A DNA stretch of 63,756 nt, the filler included, from Octopus bimaculoides (lineage: Eukaryota): the NCBI RefSeq assembly GCF_001194135.2. It is 4 parts of 4 records of this genome, joined end to end, with 100 filler letters (N's around TTAATTAATTAA, not from the genome) between each part and the next. Parts side by side here need not be neighbours in the genome. Positions count along the whole stretch, not along the records: positions 47,115 to 60,376 come from NC_068990.1; positions 60,477 to 63,756 come from NC_068983.1; 2 more parts are not named here. The stretch is one strand, 5' to 3'. The notes under the pieces were generated by a model. The model did not search any database. It was given only the letters and a program-made list of their open reading frames with translations, and had not been told where the DNA came from. The position numbers were made by a program, and so were the translations under genes. Numbering within the stretch: position 1 is the stretch's first letter; each line of letters starts with the position of its first letter. Positions 50,101 to 62,239 of this stretch are shown here, piece after piece.

Positions 50101-51305
50101 CTTGTCCGGATTCTGACCAAGTTGGAGCGCTTACTCTTCCACTTTCTGTGGAAAGGACGGGGTCTGCTGGTCAGACACTCTATCTGCCGTCAACTGCCGC
50201 TAAATGGAGTGCTGAGTATGCCTGAGCTAAAAATGCTCAGACATGCGCAAAGGCTAAGGCATCTACAACTCTACCTAGACGGTGAACAGATGTGGTCGCC
50301 TTTCATCAAACTCGTCTTCCCACAGTTCACCTCCTTTAGCGAGCTGAACACTTGGATCAAGCGCAGACTTGACAAGCGGGAGTGCCGTCAGGTTCTCACG
50401 CTTCTCTGCCGAACGGGCAACGCGAGCGGTGGGGGCTCCACCTCGTCTTTCTATAGAGGGTAAGTGGCCAGCAAGTGCGATGGCGTTCTGAGGAAGACCG
50501 ATGGCGGTCAACTTGCCAGTCTGTTCCGGAGGACTTTCGGGCCGGGGCCCATGGACAATTACCAGAAATACCTGGCCTGGAAGTGCTACCGATGGGCACT
50601 GCCTGTTCTAGATAAACTCTTCAGGCACAAAAGTAAAGTCACACAGACAGGACTGAGATGCGAGCAAAGCGATAAAACCGTTTTGCACGCAATCGTACGT
50701 TGTCCGTTAATTTCTGACTTACGGGTTAATGTCGAACACCTGCTGTCACGCCTGGGAGGAGCACAGTTGTCAACTGAGTCCATAATCAAGATTGTCCCAC
50801 TGCCCTCCTTTAACCGGGAGAGGCAGGCAACTTTTCTCTGCTTGGTGGCTATAGCGAAAGAGGTTATGTAGTTGACGCCAGTGAACGGTTTGAAGACGGG
50901 TAACTTTCTCTCTGGCATTGGTTTAAGCAATTATTTCATCTATCATCTGAAAAGGAAACTAAGGCGAAAGAGAGAGCGAGAGAGAGAAAGAGAGAGAGAA
51001 AGAGAGAGTCACTGCCGCCACATGGCACGCCTGTTAAGTATGGACGTGTCTAACTTGAGCGCAAACCCCCTAAGTCTCACTTGTAAGAGAAGTGTAGCTC
51101 GTGGCTTGTGGGGTCTCCACGTCTAACACTACATTTTGTCATTCTCATTTTGTTATTCTCATTTTATTGCAATATTTTTAATTTTTAACCACCACCTTTG
51201 TTAATCCATTCGATCTTTTCTCTTTGTCGCCGTACCTACGTACGACCTCACCTTGTCTGTCCTGTATTGTTCCTCTATATGTAGCCCTTCGTGGCCAATA
51301 AAGAA
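47115..51305 (+). mobile_element. L1/Tx1-clade LINE, >4.1 kb, defective
   Basis: Low-complexity ORF1 end, then ORF2, then a T-rich 3' UTR ending GCCCTTCGTGGCCAATAAAGAA; 5' end lost in the spacer. Confidence 0.9.
47703..50985 (+). pseudogene. LINE ORF2 (APE, RT, zf-RVT) pseudogene
   Basis: MFSLKLGNINVRGL; SETR; LVGDFN; GPGY*KLNTSLL; DGLPYEFY; NFRPITLLNAELKILAK; KAFDRV; AYADDITV; WKCYRWALPV...RCEQSDKTVLHAIVRCP; many frameshifts. Confidence 0.93.
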
Positions 51306-51307
51306 TC

Positions 51308-51560
51308 AGATTTCTTGCCAAACAACCACACAGATTATTTGTTTCTACTGATCAAATGTTTGTGTACACATAAGCTCACTTCCGCCATCAATTCCACATT
51401 ACCTGTACAGGTACACATGTCAGATGACAAAATGACCGCGGAACAAAGTGAAATGAAGTGCTTTGCTCAGTAACACAACTCAACGCCCGGTCTAAGAATC
51501 AAACCTCCGATCTCGCAATCGTGAGTGCAACACCCTAACCACTAAGCCATGCGCCTTCAC
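51308..51560 (-). mobile_element. tRNA-derived SINE family C
   Basis: Minus strand GAAGGCGCATGGCTTAGTGG (A box)...GGTTTGATTC (B box)...CTGAGCAAAGCACTTCATTTCAC; a related body lies at 46940-47014. Confidence 0.8.
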
Positions 51561-51593
51561 AATACATATACATACATATATACATACATACAA

Positions 51594-51628
<35 letters not shown>

Positions 51629-51992
51629 NNNNNNNNNNNNNNNNNNNNNNNNNNNNNNNNNNNNNNNNNNNNNNNNNNNNNNNNNNNNNNNNNNNNNNNN
51701 NNNNNNNNNNNNNNNNNNNNNNNNNNNNNNNNNNNNNNNNNNNNNNNNNNNNNNNNNNNNNNNNNNNNNNNNNNNNNNNNNNNNNNNNNNNNNNNNNNNN
51801 NNNNNNNNNNNNNNNNNNNNNNNNNNNNNNNNNNNNNNNNNNNNNNNNNNNNNNNNNNNNNNNNNNNNNNNNNNNNNNNNNNNNNNNNNNNNNNNNNNNN
51901 NNNNNNNNNNNNNNNNNNNNNNNNNNNNNNNNNNNNNNNNNNNNNNNNNNNNNNNNNNNNNNNNNNNNNNNNNNNNNNNNNNNNNNNNNNNN

Positions 51993-52041
<49 letters not shown>

Positions 52042-52801
52042 TGGACTAATGAGTATATGGCAATTAGTGTGTTGAGTAAAGTACGTTCACAGTTTGAGCT
52101 ACCTGGTGTCATTACTCGTTCGGATATAGATCTGCTGGATCTACGTCAGGAATTCCGCAGTGTTAGTTGACATAATAATAATAATCGATGTCCCGCTAGA
52201 TATATCTAGCTGGACATCCCCTTCTTTTTGCATGTACCTGATATGACACAAACTGCTCAGATTTATGCAACACTATTAGATGCACAAAATCCTACCCACC
52301 ACAGACGGTTGCAGGATGGGCCGAAACGATCGTCGTACTGAGCTAAATCTACCGTTTCATTAATCAATTATCATTATCATTGTGTATGTGTGAGTGTGAG
52401 TGTGTGTGTATGTGTGTGTGTGTGTGTGTGTAAGTAGGTAGCTGTATATTTATAATATGTGCCTATGTATGTGCCTGTGTATATTCCCAACACAAACATA
52501 CACACACAAGCACACATATATTCAATTATACACCTACACGTGTCCGTACAGTTTTTCTTTTTTTAAATCACGTTCTGAGATATTTATTCCAAGAAGATTC
52601 GAAACATCGGCAAAAGTCTAGAGTAGTTGGTTAGCAAAAAGTGTAAAGACGAAGCCAGTGCCAGGTTGCAAAAAGCTGAGCCGAAGCGAAGAGTTTCTTT
52701 CGCTCCGAATGTGTTAAAGACGGGCAGAGAGCCAAGAGATGTTTAAATGGAAGCATCAGAGATTAATTAATTGGTTCTTATGTTTGTTTGATTTACACTC
52801 A

Positions 52802-52852
<51 letters not shown>

Positions 52853-53112
52853 ATATAAAAACACTCAGAAATATATATATATATATGTTTGTATGTATGT
52901 ATGTACATACACATACATATGCATACACGTATATACACATACCCACATATACACATACATACACATACACTTGCACACACGCACGCGCTGACGCACATAC
53001 ACCTATAAACATATACAGTAAGATGCACACGCGCCTGTGTACACTTCGAGGAGTTGACCCACCATTAAACACAGATGTATAAGTAAATTTATGTACTTTA
53101 GTGATTATACGC

Positions 53113-53148
<36 letters not shown>

Positions 53149-53329
53149 NNNNNNNNNNNNNNNNNNNNNNNNNNNNNNNNNNNNNNNNNNNNNNNNNNNN
53201 NNNNNNNNNNNNNNNNNNNNNNNNNNNNNNNNNNNNNNNNNNNNNNNNNNNNNNNNNNNNNNNNNNNNNNNNNNNNNNNNNNNNNNNNNNNNNNNNNNNN
53301 NNNNNNNNNNNNNNNNNNNNNNNNNNNNN

Positions 53330-53382
<53 letters not shown>

Positions 53383-54071
53383 TAAGATACATAAATTTAT
53401 ACATACCAATGGTAATTACCACTTTATTTTTACTTTCAATTTCTCGGGGAATCTATCCGTCCGTCCAGAGACTCGAGTGAAGATTAAATCTTAACGAAAC
53501 TCATGAAAAATCTGTGCCAAAAATAATGATTCTCTAATTAGAAATGAGGTCGCCAAAGTTGGAATTGAAACCGGACTGAAGCATTCCATTCTCAAAAAAA
53601 TTACCACCTACTATTCAAAAAGTTGGCCCGACGATCTTTTGGAAATAAAACCTTAATTAGGACAAACATTCTTCTGGAATTATGAAACAAGTGAAATTAG
53701 AATCCTCGAAGTTATTTGTGGACTACATGAAGTAATTTTAACTTGGAATCGAACTCTGCGCAGTATCCTTCAATTGTAACTAGGAGCGGTACCACCCGCT
53801 AGGTAAACTGAGCAATGGCCAGGGTGGGAACATCGCACAGATTCTGAACAACCTAAAATTTTTGTATCTAGCCTAAGAACACAAAATTTCAGTAATAAAG
53901 AGAGCGGATAGATAGATAGATAGATAGATGAAAATTGTCTAGAATAATCCTTAAGTTTATCCAGTGGTGTGAAAACTCCAAGAAATTTGATAAAATATTC
54001 TGGACGAATTAATAGATCGTGCGAATGTTTGATATATGTAAGTGTATAGTTATGTATCTAATTACATATTC

Positions 54072-54186
54072 TTTTATTCTTTTACTTGTTTCAGTCATTT
54101 CACTGCAGCCATGCTGGAGCACCGCCTTGAAGGGTTTTAGTCGAACAAATCGACCCCAGGACTTATTTCTTAAGCCTAGTACTTAT
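54072..54186 (-). mobile_element. SINE family B 3' end
   Basis: TTTTACTTGTTTCAGTCATT...GCCATGCTGGAGCACCGCC...CAAATCGACCCCAGGACTTA...AAGCCTAGTACTTAT. Confidence 0.85.
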
Positions 54187-54645
54187 NNNNNNNNNNNNNN
54201 NNNNNNNNNNNNNNNNNNNNNNNNNNNNNNNNNNNNNNNNNNNNNNNNNNNNNNNNNNNNNNNACATACATGCATACATACATATATGACTACCACATAC
54301 ACGCACGCACTCACAAACAAGCAAACAAACATATAAAAACATTTATATTTTTTTCTTTTTCTAAATTCTACTGGCAAGGAATTGGTTTACCTGAACCTAT
54401 GTTAGAATACACTTGCCAAAGCAACCACATACTGGGTTGTGAATCGAACTATCTACCCATATCTGCGTCCATTTGTGTCTAGTTTAAGCAAAACACACAC
54501 ACACACACCTTTAAACATGCTTGGAACATCTCAGTGAATAACAACTTGAATAGGCCATGATACCACAAAATCTATACGCTACAGAATAGTGGGGAAACTG
54601 GCTTTATGAACCTATAGCTCGAGAAAGACCTTTTTGATATATAGT

Positions 54646-54728
54646 TGCAGGCATGGCTGTGTGGTTAAGAAGCTCGCTTAGCTATCACGTGGTTTCAAGT
54701 TCAGTCCTACTGCATGGTATCTTGAACT
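54646..54728 (+). mobile_element. SINE family B head fragment
   Basis: GCAGGCATGGCTGTGTGGTTAAGAAG...AAGTTCAGTCC. Confidence 0.7.
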
Positions 54729-55484
54729 TCGGAGGATGGTGGGAAGGAAGGAGTAAGGTTTCCTCAAACCAGAGACCTTGACCGAATACATGCAACGGAG
54801 TAGAGCTCTCCACTAAAGTGTTAGGGGTTGGTCCTGAGTCGGGCGATGGGTTCAGTTTTCTGTTGGTTTTGCTACCCAGAATTAGATATTTTAAATTGGC
54901 TATGCTACACAGGAATGGCTGTTTTTTTCAAAAGATCACTAAACCAAAGATGTGGCTGTATTGTTTATGTTAGAGAATTGAATGACATCTCTGGCAGTAG
55001 TATTAAGTTTAAAAGCAAAACTAGTGTTGTCGTTGGGGGTGAGGTATTGCTGTTAATGTTGCAGTTTTTACTGTTGTGGTAGTTGTTTAGCCAACGCTGG
55101 TCGAACACACCGTCAAAGATGTTCCATTTATAACCAGCTTGGCAATTCTTTTCTGACATAGGTTATTTTGGACTTCATTTTATAATATGTTCTGTTTCTT
55201 ATGATAGTTTTTATGACTCGGCTGCTATTTCTAGTAGGTCAAACGACCGTGTTAACTCTTGTAGGCCCCAGTACATGCTATAGAATGTTCTAGAAATGTT
55301 CTAAATAGAAAAATTTATGTTGGTATGTCGAGTTAGTTGTGCTACAAGAGTAAGCGTATAAATATTTACTAAACTAAACAGGATGTACAGAAATGACTGC
55401 GTGAAGGTCAACCAGTAACAAAGAGAATAAGGTATATATTTTATGAATATGTGTATATATATATATATATATATACATATTCAA

Positions 55485-55542
<58 letters not shown>

Positions 55543-57852
55543 GAGTTTGGCAGAGCTAATCAGGAGGGAGATGATGGAAATTAAATTAATATAGTATCAG
55601 GGTAACAGAACACTTTTAAAGTTGTTACATCGACAGGGTTACTTCAGGTGAGGATGGGTCCCTTAACACAAACAACACCAGAAGGAAATTAAATGCCACA
55701 GTTTCAATCTTCCTCCTCTACTCTCTTCTTTGCTCTCCTTCGCCCCCAACGTTTACTTTCTTGCTTATTTTCTTTCATTTTTGTCTTTTTTTCTTCAAAC
55801 GAAAACAAATCCATTTACACAGAATTTCTCAAACTTAAAAGTTGCAAGTTGACAAGTGCCGGTCAAAGGACGACGCTTACTTACCTCAACGAGTAAAGGT
55901 GTATATTTTGTAGTTTCAGAAATTCCTCACTCAAAATTTAGTCCATTTAAGGATACTTAAAATGATAAATATCTAAGGAATATGTATTTTGAAGTGGGGG
56001 TTTTTTTTTACTTATTTGACTCATGGAATGCTTTCGGGAAAGGTGATGAGTTATGATGTGCATGTCTTCTCCAGAAAGTATTAGGAACTTAAGTGAGCCG
56101 CCGTCAAGAAGGGATCGAAATCAGCTTCCAGATTATTTTTTCGTCCCACAACCAATGTTGGTTTCAACTTACGGCAATGTTAGGGTTTCTTTTGGTGAGA
56201 CACAAAGTATATGTGAAGCTGACTTAAATAGAAAAAGTGACTTTGGCCACGAATCGAAAATGGGTTGTGGGCTTCGTTTTCAGGAACTTACTTCTTGCTC
56301 TATATTTCTCATTATTGTATTAAATATAATAATTATCTCATATGTGGACAGCATGTGCAAAAACATATGTGCAAAAACACAGTGAGGAGGGAAAAAAAGA
56401 AAGAAAGAAAGAAAGAAAGAAACGCAAGTTTGTAGCTAGGTTTCGTCCAGATTAAACCCACATCACTCAGATTCCCAGTTTATAACCACAGCCTAATTAT
56501 GTTTCCATAAAAGGCTTGACCAGCTCATTAGACCTAATGATATTGCCATAAAAGACATGAACGTCCAGGTAAATGATTGTCAGCCACCAAGTATCGGCTG
56601 GTAGGTAGAAAATAAGGGCAACAGACTTTAAAGAAATGATGTGTAAATTCCCGGCAAATTATATTTCCGAAGGTTTTAGAAGCTTTACTCGAGTTTCTAA
56701 AAAGCCAGAGTATCGAACTGCAATATTATAGTGTCTTTTGATTAGACACAAAGTAAATATGAAGTTGACTTTAAAAAAGGGCCACCTTAGATGCCACACG
56801 GAATTCTGATTTCCAGTCCCATGAAAGATGTTCTCACTTTCTACTTGCTTTGCATAACATGCTTTGTTTATCAGGATTGACAAAGTGTAATCATTGTAAA
56901 GTTTTAAATATCACGTACATGCTGACAATATTTTTTAATATTATTAATTCACTTGTACATGCGTAAAATATAACTGATATGTAATGATAGCTATATGGAA
57001 ACACATCAGTTATTGTTAGATCATTGATGTCAAACAACACAGCCTCTTGCGTCTACTTCTTACTTCTTGCCTTCTACCTCATTATCATGAACCCCACAAA
57101 ATTTATGCATACCTCTACAAATGTACACACATCCATTCATACTTTTAAATATTCATATATATATATATATATATTGTCGCACCGACATCCAACGCAGGTT
57201 ATACACCGTCAGTACACTTCCAGACTCCTATACTGGAGAGCACACGCCCCCACCCCACACACACACACACACAGAAAAGAAACTGCATCCATGCAGATAA
57301 ACCATAGCACATATTCATCTAGACAGAGAAAATGTACATCACATACATTTACATAGAGGAAACGCGCTAAACAATATTACATACAATACGTAAGACCCTT
57401 TTAATCCTAAACTTAACCCTTACAGAAACGCGCACACATAGAAACACGCACACAAAGTCACAAATGCGTTCAAACACAGATATATTCACAGACATTTTTC
57501 TGTAGAGAGACAAAATTCTCTCCTTGTAGATTTATTGCAAGTTTGTTGGTTCGTAAATTATTGTAAGACAGAAACTGAGGAGAATCAAAAAGAAAATACA
57601 GGCGGCCATCTTGACACACGTCATACACGGTAGAAAAGTTGGAAAAATGAAAAAAAAAAGGAAGAAAAGAAACAAACAAACACACAGTAGTGTGTAATCA
57701 TTGGGGAATTTGAAGGAAAGTTGTTTGTTTTGAGATGCTATGTTTTGATTGTTTGTTGGTTTGTTTGTTGTTATTGTTGTTTATTATTATTTTACTCGAA
57801 GACCACATATACACACATACACATTCACACAAAGATAAGACACACACACACA

Positions 57853-57883
<31 letters not shown>

Positions 57884-58671
57884 CCACTCACAAATCCCAC
57901 AATTCATTTACTGATTATTATCAAACTATATCATCGACTCACGTTCTTTTCATCAACCACCCCACTCTCTACCTTCATCTTCGTTCAATCTGCGTTCCAA
58001 ACATGTACACGAGATAATTCGCTTAGTAAGTTACTCTAACTTAGTAATAGATAGATTGATAGATACATACATACATACATATATGCTTTTGTACATGTGC
58101 ACGCACGCACATACATACACACCCACGAGCACATACGTACACAAACATGCATTTAAAGCTATACATACGTGCTTATGTCCGTGTGCATAATAAATTATTA
58201 GCAGAGGCCCAAAAACGTATACATAATATTAATATATAGATATATGTAAATTATATGAATGTGAAAGCAAGCACAGTATATCCACCACCATCCACATCTA
58301 TACACTTACACAACATACACATAAATGTGGTATTCAGTTTTAGTTATTTTCTTGCAGTTTCGTTCTTTGTGATGGGAGGAATCCCAACAAAAACACGTCA
58401 TTTTTATGTTCTTTTGTTTTGTTTTTGAGGTTTTTCCTATTTCATTTGTTTATTTCTTTGGCTTGGGATGTAAAAGTGTACCCAGGTATTCTTGCCTTGT
58501 CTTTACCCTTCTCTCACTCGTTGTTTTATTTCTATTTTTATTTTGTGGGAGTTGTTTAAGGGGATGGCCTTTGTTTATTTATCTTCTTTTGGTGGGATTC
58601 TGGTTTCTTTTCAGCGTATATATGGGAGTGTATATAATTGTATATGTATCTGTATGCGTCTATGAGTCCGC

Positions 58672-58714
<43 letters not shown>

Positions 58715-58992
58715 GAGAGATAGAGAGAGTCTGTATATGCGCGCGCGCGTGTGTGAATCTGTATGTATGTGTGAGTTTTCACACCCAAAAAACTTAAGAG
58801 CAAGGAAATCTAGATCAGCACCAATCATTGAAGGAACTTCAGCTGAAATTTGGATTAAAGAAAAAAATAGTGTGGGTTTTTTTGGAGAATACTAAGATGA
58901 ATGAGTCTGTATCATTAACCGTGATGTATGTGCGTGTGCGCGCGCGCGCGTGTGTGTGTGTGTGTGTGTGTGTACATGTCCATGTCTATACA

Positions 58993-59061
<69 letters not shown>

Positions 59062-59199
59062 CTATACGAAACTGCAATCAAGAATATGTGTGTGTGTATG
59101 AGGGAGAGAGAATGTGTGTATGTATGTGCGTGTGTATATTATATTCTGTTCGTTATATATATTCGCCTCTTTCTAAGCTTTGTTAAAAACATTAATATC

Positions 59200-59560
59200 T
59201 GTTACTCACAAGGCAGCAATTTTAGGGAGAGGAATCTGTCGATAATCTCTATCCTCAATACATGACTGGTATTTTATTTTATCGGACAAGAAGTATGAAA
59301 GGTAAAACTGAACTTTGGCAGGATTTTAAATGGGAACACATACTACAAGATATTTTTTCGACGCACTAATGATTCTGCCAATCCTCCGCCGATATTATGA
59401 ACTTCAGTTTTTGACGAGTATCTTATTTATCGATCCTGGGGAGAGGAAAGGAAAAGTTGTCCTCGGCGAGTTTGGATTCGGAAGGGGAAGAACCAAAACC
59501 AGAATCATAAAACACACTTTTTGAGATGAAAGACTATCGATGGTCCAGCAGTGCTCTCGA
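59200..59560 (-). mobile_element. Two degenerate SINE family A copies
   Basis: CTGGTATTTTATTTTATCG...GAAAGGTAAAA...GATTCTGCCAAT..CCGCC, and a second GGAAAAGTTGTCCTCGGCGAGTTTG unit. Confidence 0.55.
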
Positions 59561-59795
59561 ACCCACTCACATAAGGATGCGCAGGTACACATCTATAGTT
59601 GGATCATATCAGTGCAATAATGTGTATAGTAGGTGAAACACTCAACAATTACAAGTTGATGGTAGTGCGCAGAAACAATTGTAATGATTTGGATTAAAGC
59701 GTATACATTTCATCTTCTNNNNNNNNNNNNNNNNNNNNNGGAGGCAATTACGAGGATAAACAAATTAGATATATTAAATATAAGAGTTTGGGTAA

Positions 59796-60040
59796 GAAAT
59801 CCAAAATACTAACATATGTATACATGCAAAACAAGAGGAAGCAAAAAGTGGAGACATTCAGACTATGAATATTAAAGTATAAATATGTAGATATTTATAT
59901 CAATATATCCAACTTACACATAGTGCAAATGACAGAGAAAATTAAATATGAAAATATATATCTATACTTAAATATTCATTGTTTGGAAGTCTCCGCTTTT
60001 TGCTTTCTCTCGTTTTACATGTATACATATTTTGGATTTC
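59796..60040. repeat. Foldback inverted repeat, ~85-90-bp arms
   Basis: 59796-59886 and 59955-60040 are reverse complements (AAATCCAAAATA..ATGTATACATG.AAAAC.AGAG.AAGCAAAAAG.GGAGAC...ATGAATATT.AAGTATA). Confidence 0.8.
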
Positions 60041-60112
60041 GTACCGAAACTGTTATACATTATTTACATTATCTACATTTGACGGATATTCGTCCTCATC
60101 TTGTTTGTTGTT

Positions 60113-60158
60113 AACACAACGTTTCGGCTGATATACCCTCCAGCCTTCGTCAGGTGTC
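60113..60158 (-). ncRNA. Minimal type I hammerhead ribozyme (PLE-type)
   Basis: GACAC-CTGACGA-A-GGCTG[GAGGGTATAT]CAGCC-GAAA-CG-T-T-GTGTT. Stem I is 5 bp with one G-U, stem II is a perfect 5 bp, and stem III is the ACGT palindrome; the cleavage triplet is GUU. Confidence 0.82.
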
Positions 60159-60243
60159 TTGGGGAAATTTCGAACCTGGGTTCTCATTCCTATCGATGTT
60201 ACTATTATTATTATTATATTATTATTATTATTATTATTAATCA

Positions 60244-60316
60244 GGTCGCTGCCGTGAATCGAACTCGGAACCTTGGGGTTAGTAGCCCGCGCTCTTAACC
60301 ACTACGCCATATGCCC
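60244..60316 (-). promoter_or_regulatory. tRNA-derived internal Pol III promoter (A and B boxes)
   Basis: A box TGGCGTAGTGG (60309-60299) and B box GTTCGATTC (60264-60256) with tRNA-like spacing. The acceptor stem does not pair, so this is not a functional tRNA. Confidence 0.8.
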
Positions 60317-60376
60317 GTAGGCAGTTATGGGGTGAATTTTAAGGCTTATAAATCTATTATTTTTCTATCCTTCCTC

Positions 60377-60476
60377 NNNNNNNNNNNNNNNNNNNNNNNN
60401 NNNNNNNNNNNNNNNNNNNNTTAATTAATTAANNNNNNNNNNNNNNNNNNNNNNNNNNNNNNNNNNNNNNNNNNNN
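60377..60476. other. Scaffolding spacer (44N-TTAATTAATTAA-44N)
   Basis: Same construct as 22805-22904. Confidence 0.9.
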
Positions 60477-60588
60477 TGAGTATATATATGAGTATATATA
60501 AATTATAGCTAAATATCATATTATTCTATCTACTATCTACATATACAAATCTCTATTATTATTACTAATGTTATAAATTGTTGTTATG

Positions 60589-61878
60589 TTGGGTTGGCAA
60601 CAAAGTTACCACTTTTTGTTTTTAATTTTGGAATTTATTGCGTTTTTTAATTTTCGAATCTATTTCGTTCAAGAATTCTATTTTTGAATTATTTTGGAAT
60701 CTATTTTGTTTTTTTCTAGTTAATTTTAGTTAATTTTTGTTTATTTTCAGATCATTAAATTGGAATGTCAAGTTAAGCAAAACGAGCATTTTCGACAACT
60801 CCTTTTTGCTTTTAATCAATGTTCTAACACCGCAAGTGGTGCTCAAGTCATTAGTGCTGTGTATGGAGAGGGAGCCCTAGCTGAAAGAACCGCTCGTGAT
60901 TGGTATGGCAAGTTCAAAATGAAAATGTTAGCTTCAACGATGCACCTCGTTCTGGCCGTCCAGTTCGATGAATAGCGATTAAACCAAATTTTGCACGAAC
61001 ATTCTCATCAAACGACAGGGGAACTGGTAGAGAAATGGAATGCTCCCACACTGCTATAGAGAAACATCTTCACTCTATGGGAAAGGTTCAGAAGTATGGA
61101 GCTTGGGTTCCGCATGATTTAAGTGACAACAACAAAAAAACGACGAGCCACATTCTCCGCTGGTTTGCTTGCTCGTCACCGTTCAGCTCATGGACACAAG
61201 CAACGATTTCGATTTCTTTACCGAATTGTTACTGGAGACGAAAAATGGTGCCTGTACATCAATATGAAGCTAAGTAAGGAATGGCTTAGCCCCAGTAAAC
61301 AAACGAAACCGCGCGTGAAACAAGATCTTCATCCGCGTAAAACGATGTTGTGCGTATGGTGGGACTGGGAAGGGATTATGCATCACGAATTGCTTGAACG
61401 GAACCAAACGGTCAACTCGGAACTCTATGTTCAGAAGATGGAACGACTCAACACGCTTATTCAAGAGAAAAGACCTAATCGGCAGCGTGGAGTTTTCTGC
61501 TGCACTACAGCGCCCGTCCTCATATCGCCAATATGACCAAGGAAGCCATTCAAACGCATGACTGGGAAGTGCTGCCACACCCACCATAGTCCTCCGATTT
61601 GGCACCAACGGATTTCCACCTCTTTCGATCGCTTTCAAATGCTACGCGTGAAGTTTCGTTCAATATTGATGCAGAATTGAGAGCTTCGTTGAATCAACTT
61701 TTCGAGTCGAAATCGGGTGATTTCTACCAACGAGGTATTGAAAATATTGTTGAACGTTGGGAAGAAGTTGAAAACAACAAGGGTGAATGCATTATTAATT
61801 AATTAGCTATTTTTTTTTATTAAACCTTTAAAAAATTTAAATTTAAAAAAATCGGCGGGAACTTAGTTTTCAACTCAA
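60589..61878 (+). mobile_element. Mariner (DD34D) transposon, full length (~1290 bp), defective
   Basis: TIRs TTGGGTTGGCAACAAAGTT / AACTTAGTTTTCAACTCAA (15/19 identical); TA on the right, TG on the left. Confidence 0.9.
60760..61802 (+). pseudogene. Mariner transposase pseudogene (SETMAR-like)
   Basis: GAWVPHDL, IVTGDEKWCLY, HPRKTMLCVWWD, LHYSARPH (second D mutated to Y), SPDLAPTDFHLFRSL; several frameshifts. Confidence 0.92.
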
Positions 61879-62110
61879 TAAATAAGTTTAGGAACTATTT
61901 TTTTAATAACTTTATTAACATTTTATAATAGATATTATTCATAATGTTTATAATATTTATAAAGAAATTTTGTGTATATTATAAATTGTATTATTTATAC
62001 TTTTAATAATGTATATATATGTTTTTATAATGTATATATGTAACTATGTAAACCTATATGCCCATAAATATTACATTCAGGACAGCATATAAACATTTTT
62101 TACGAACATA

Positions 62111-62145
<35 letters not shown>

Positions 62146-62196
62146 NNNNNNNNNNNNNNNNNNNNNNNNNNNNNNNNNNNNNNNNNNNNNNNNNNN

Positions 62197-62239
<43 letters not shown>

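Larger units (their letters stand above)
60050..60316 (-). mobile_element. Composite tRNA-head + (AAT)n + hammerhead element (putative Pol III retrozyme/SINE)
   Basis: In order on the minus strand: tRNA-like head 60316-60244, (AAT)n 60240-60202, linker, HHR 60158-60113, then a tail ending in AATGTA(G/A)AT repeats. Confidence 0.7.

Noticed and set aside
53470-53510. Hammerhead-like TGAAGA-TTAA-ATC-TTAA-CGAAACTC
   Set aside because: C3 is absent, G10.1 is missing, and stems III and I are incomplete; cannot be distinguished from chance.
54720-55170. Possible LINE inter-domain fragment on the minus strand (PHLWFS...)
   Set aside because: Too degenerate to support without a profile search.
56053-56385. 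110-aa ORF in unique sequence
   Set aside because: No recognisable motif or splice support; length is within chance expectation.
60244-60316. Functional tRNA gene
   Set aside because: A and B boxes are present, but the acceptor stem (GGGCATA versus GCGACC) does not pair; it is a SINE-type head.
60760-61802. SETMAR-like domesticated gene
   Set aside because: No SET domain, TIR-bounded, frameshifted, and the second catalytic D is mutated.
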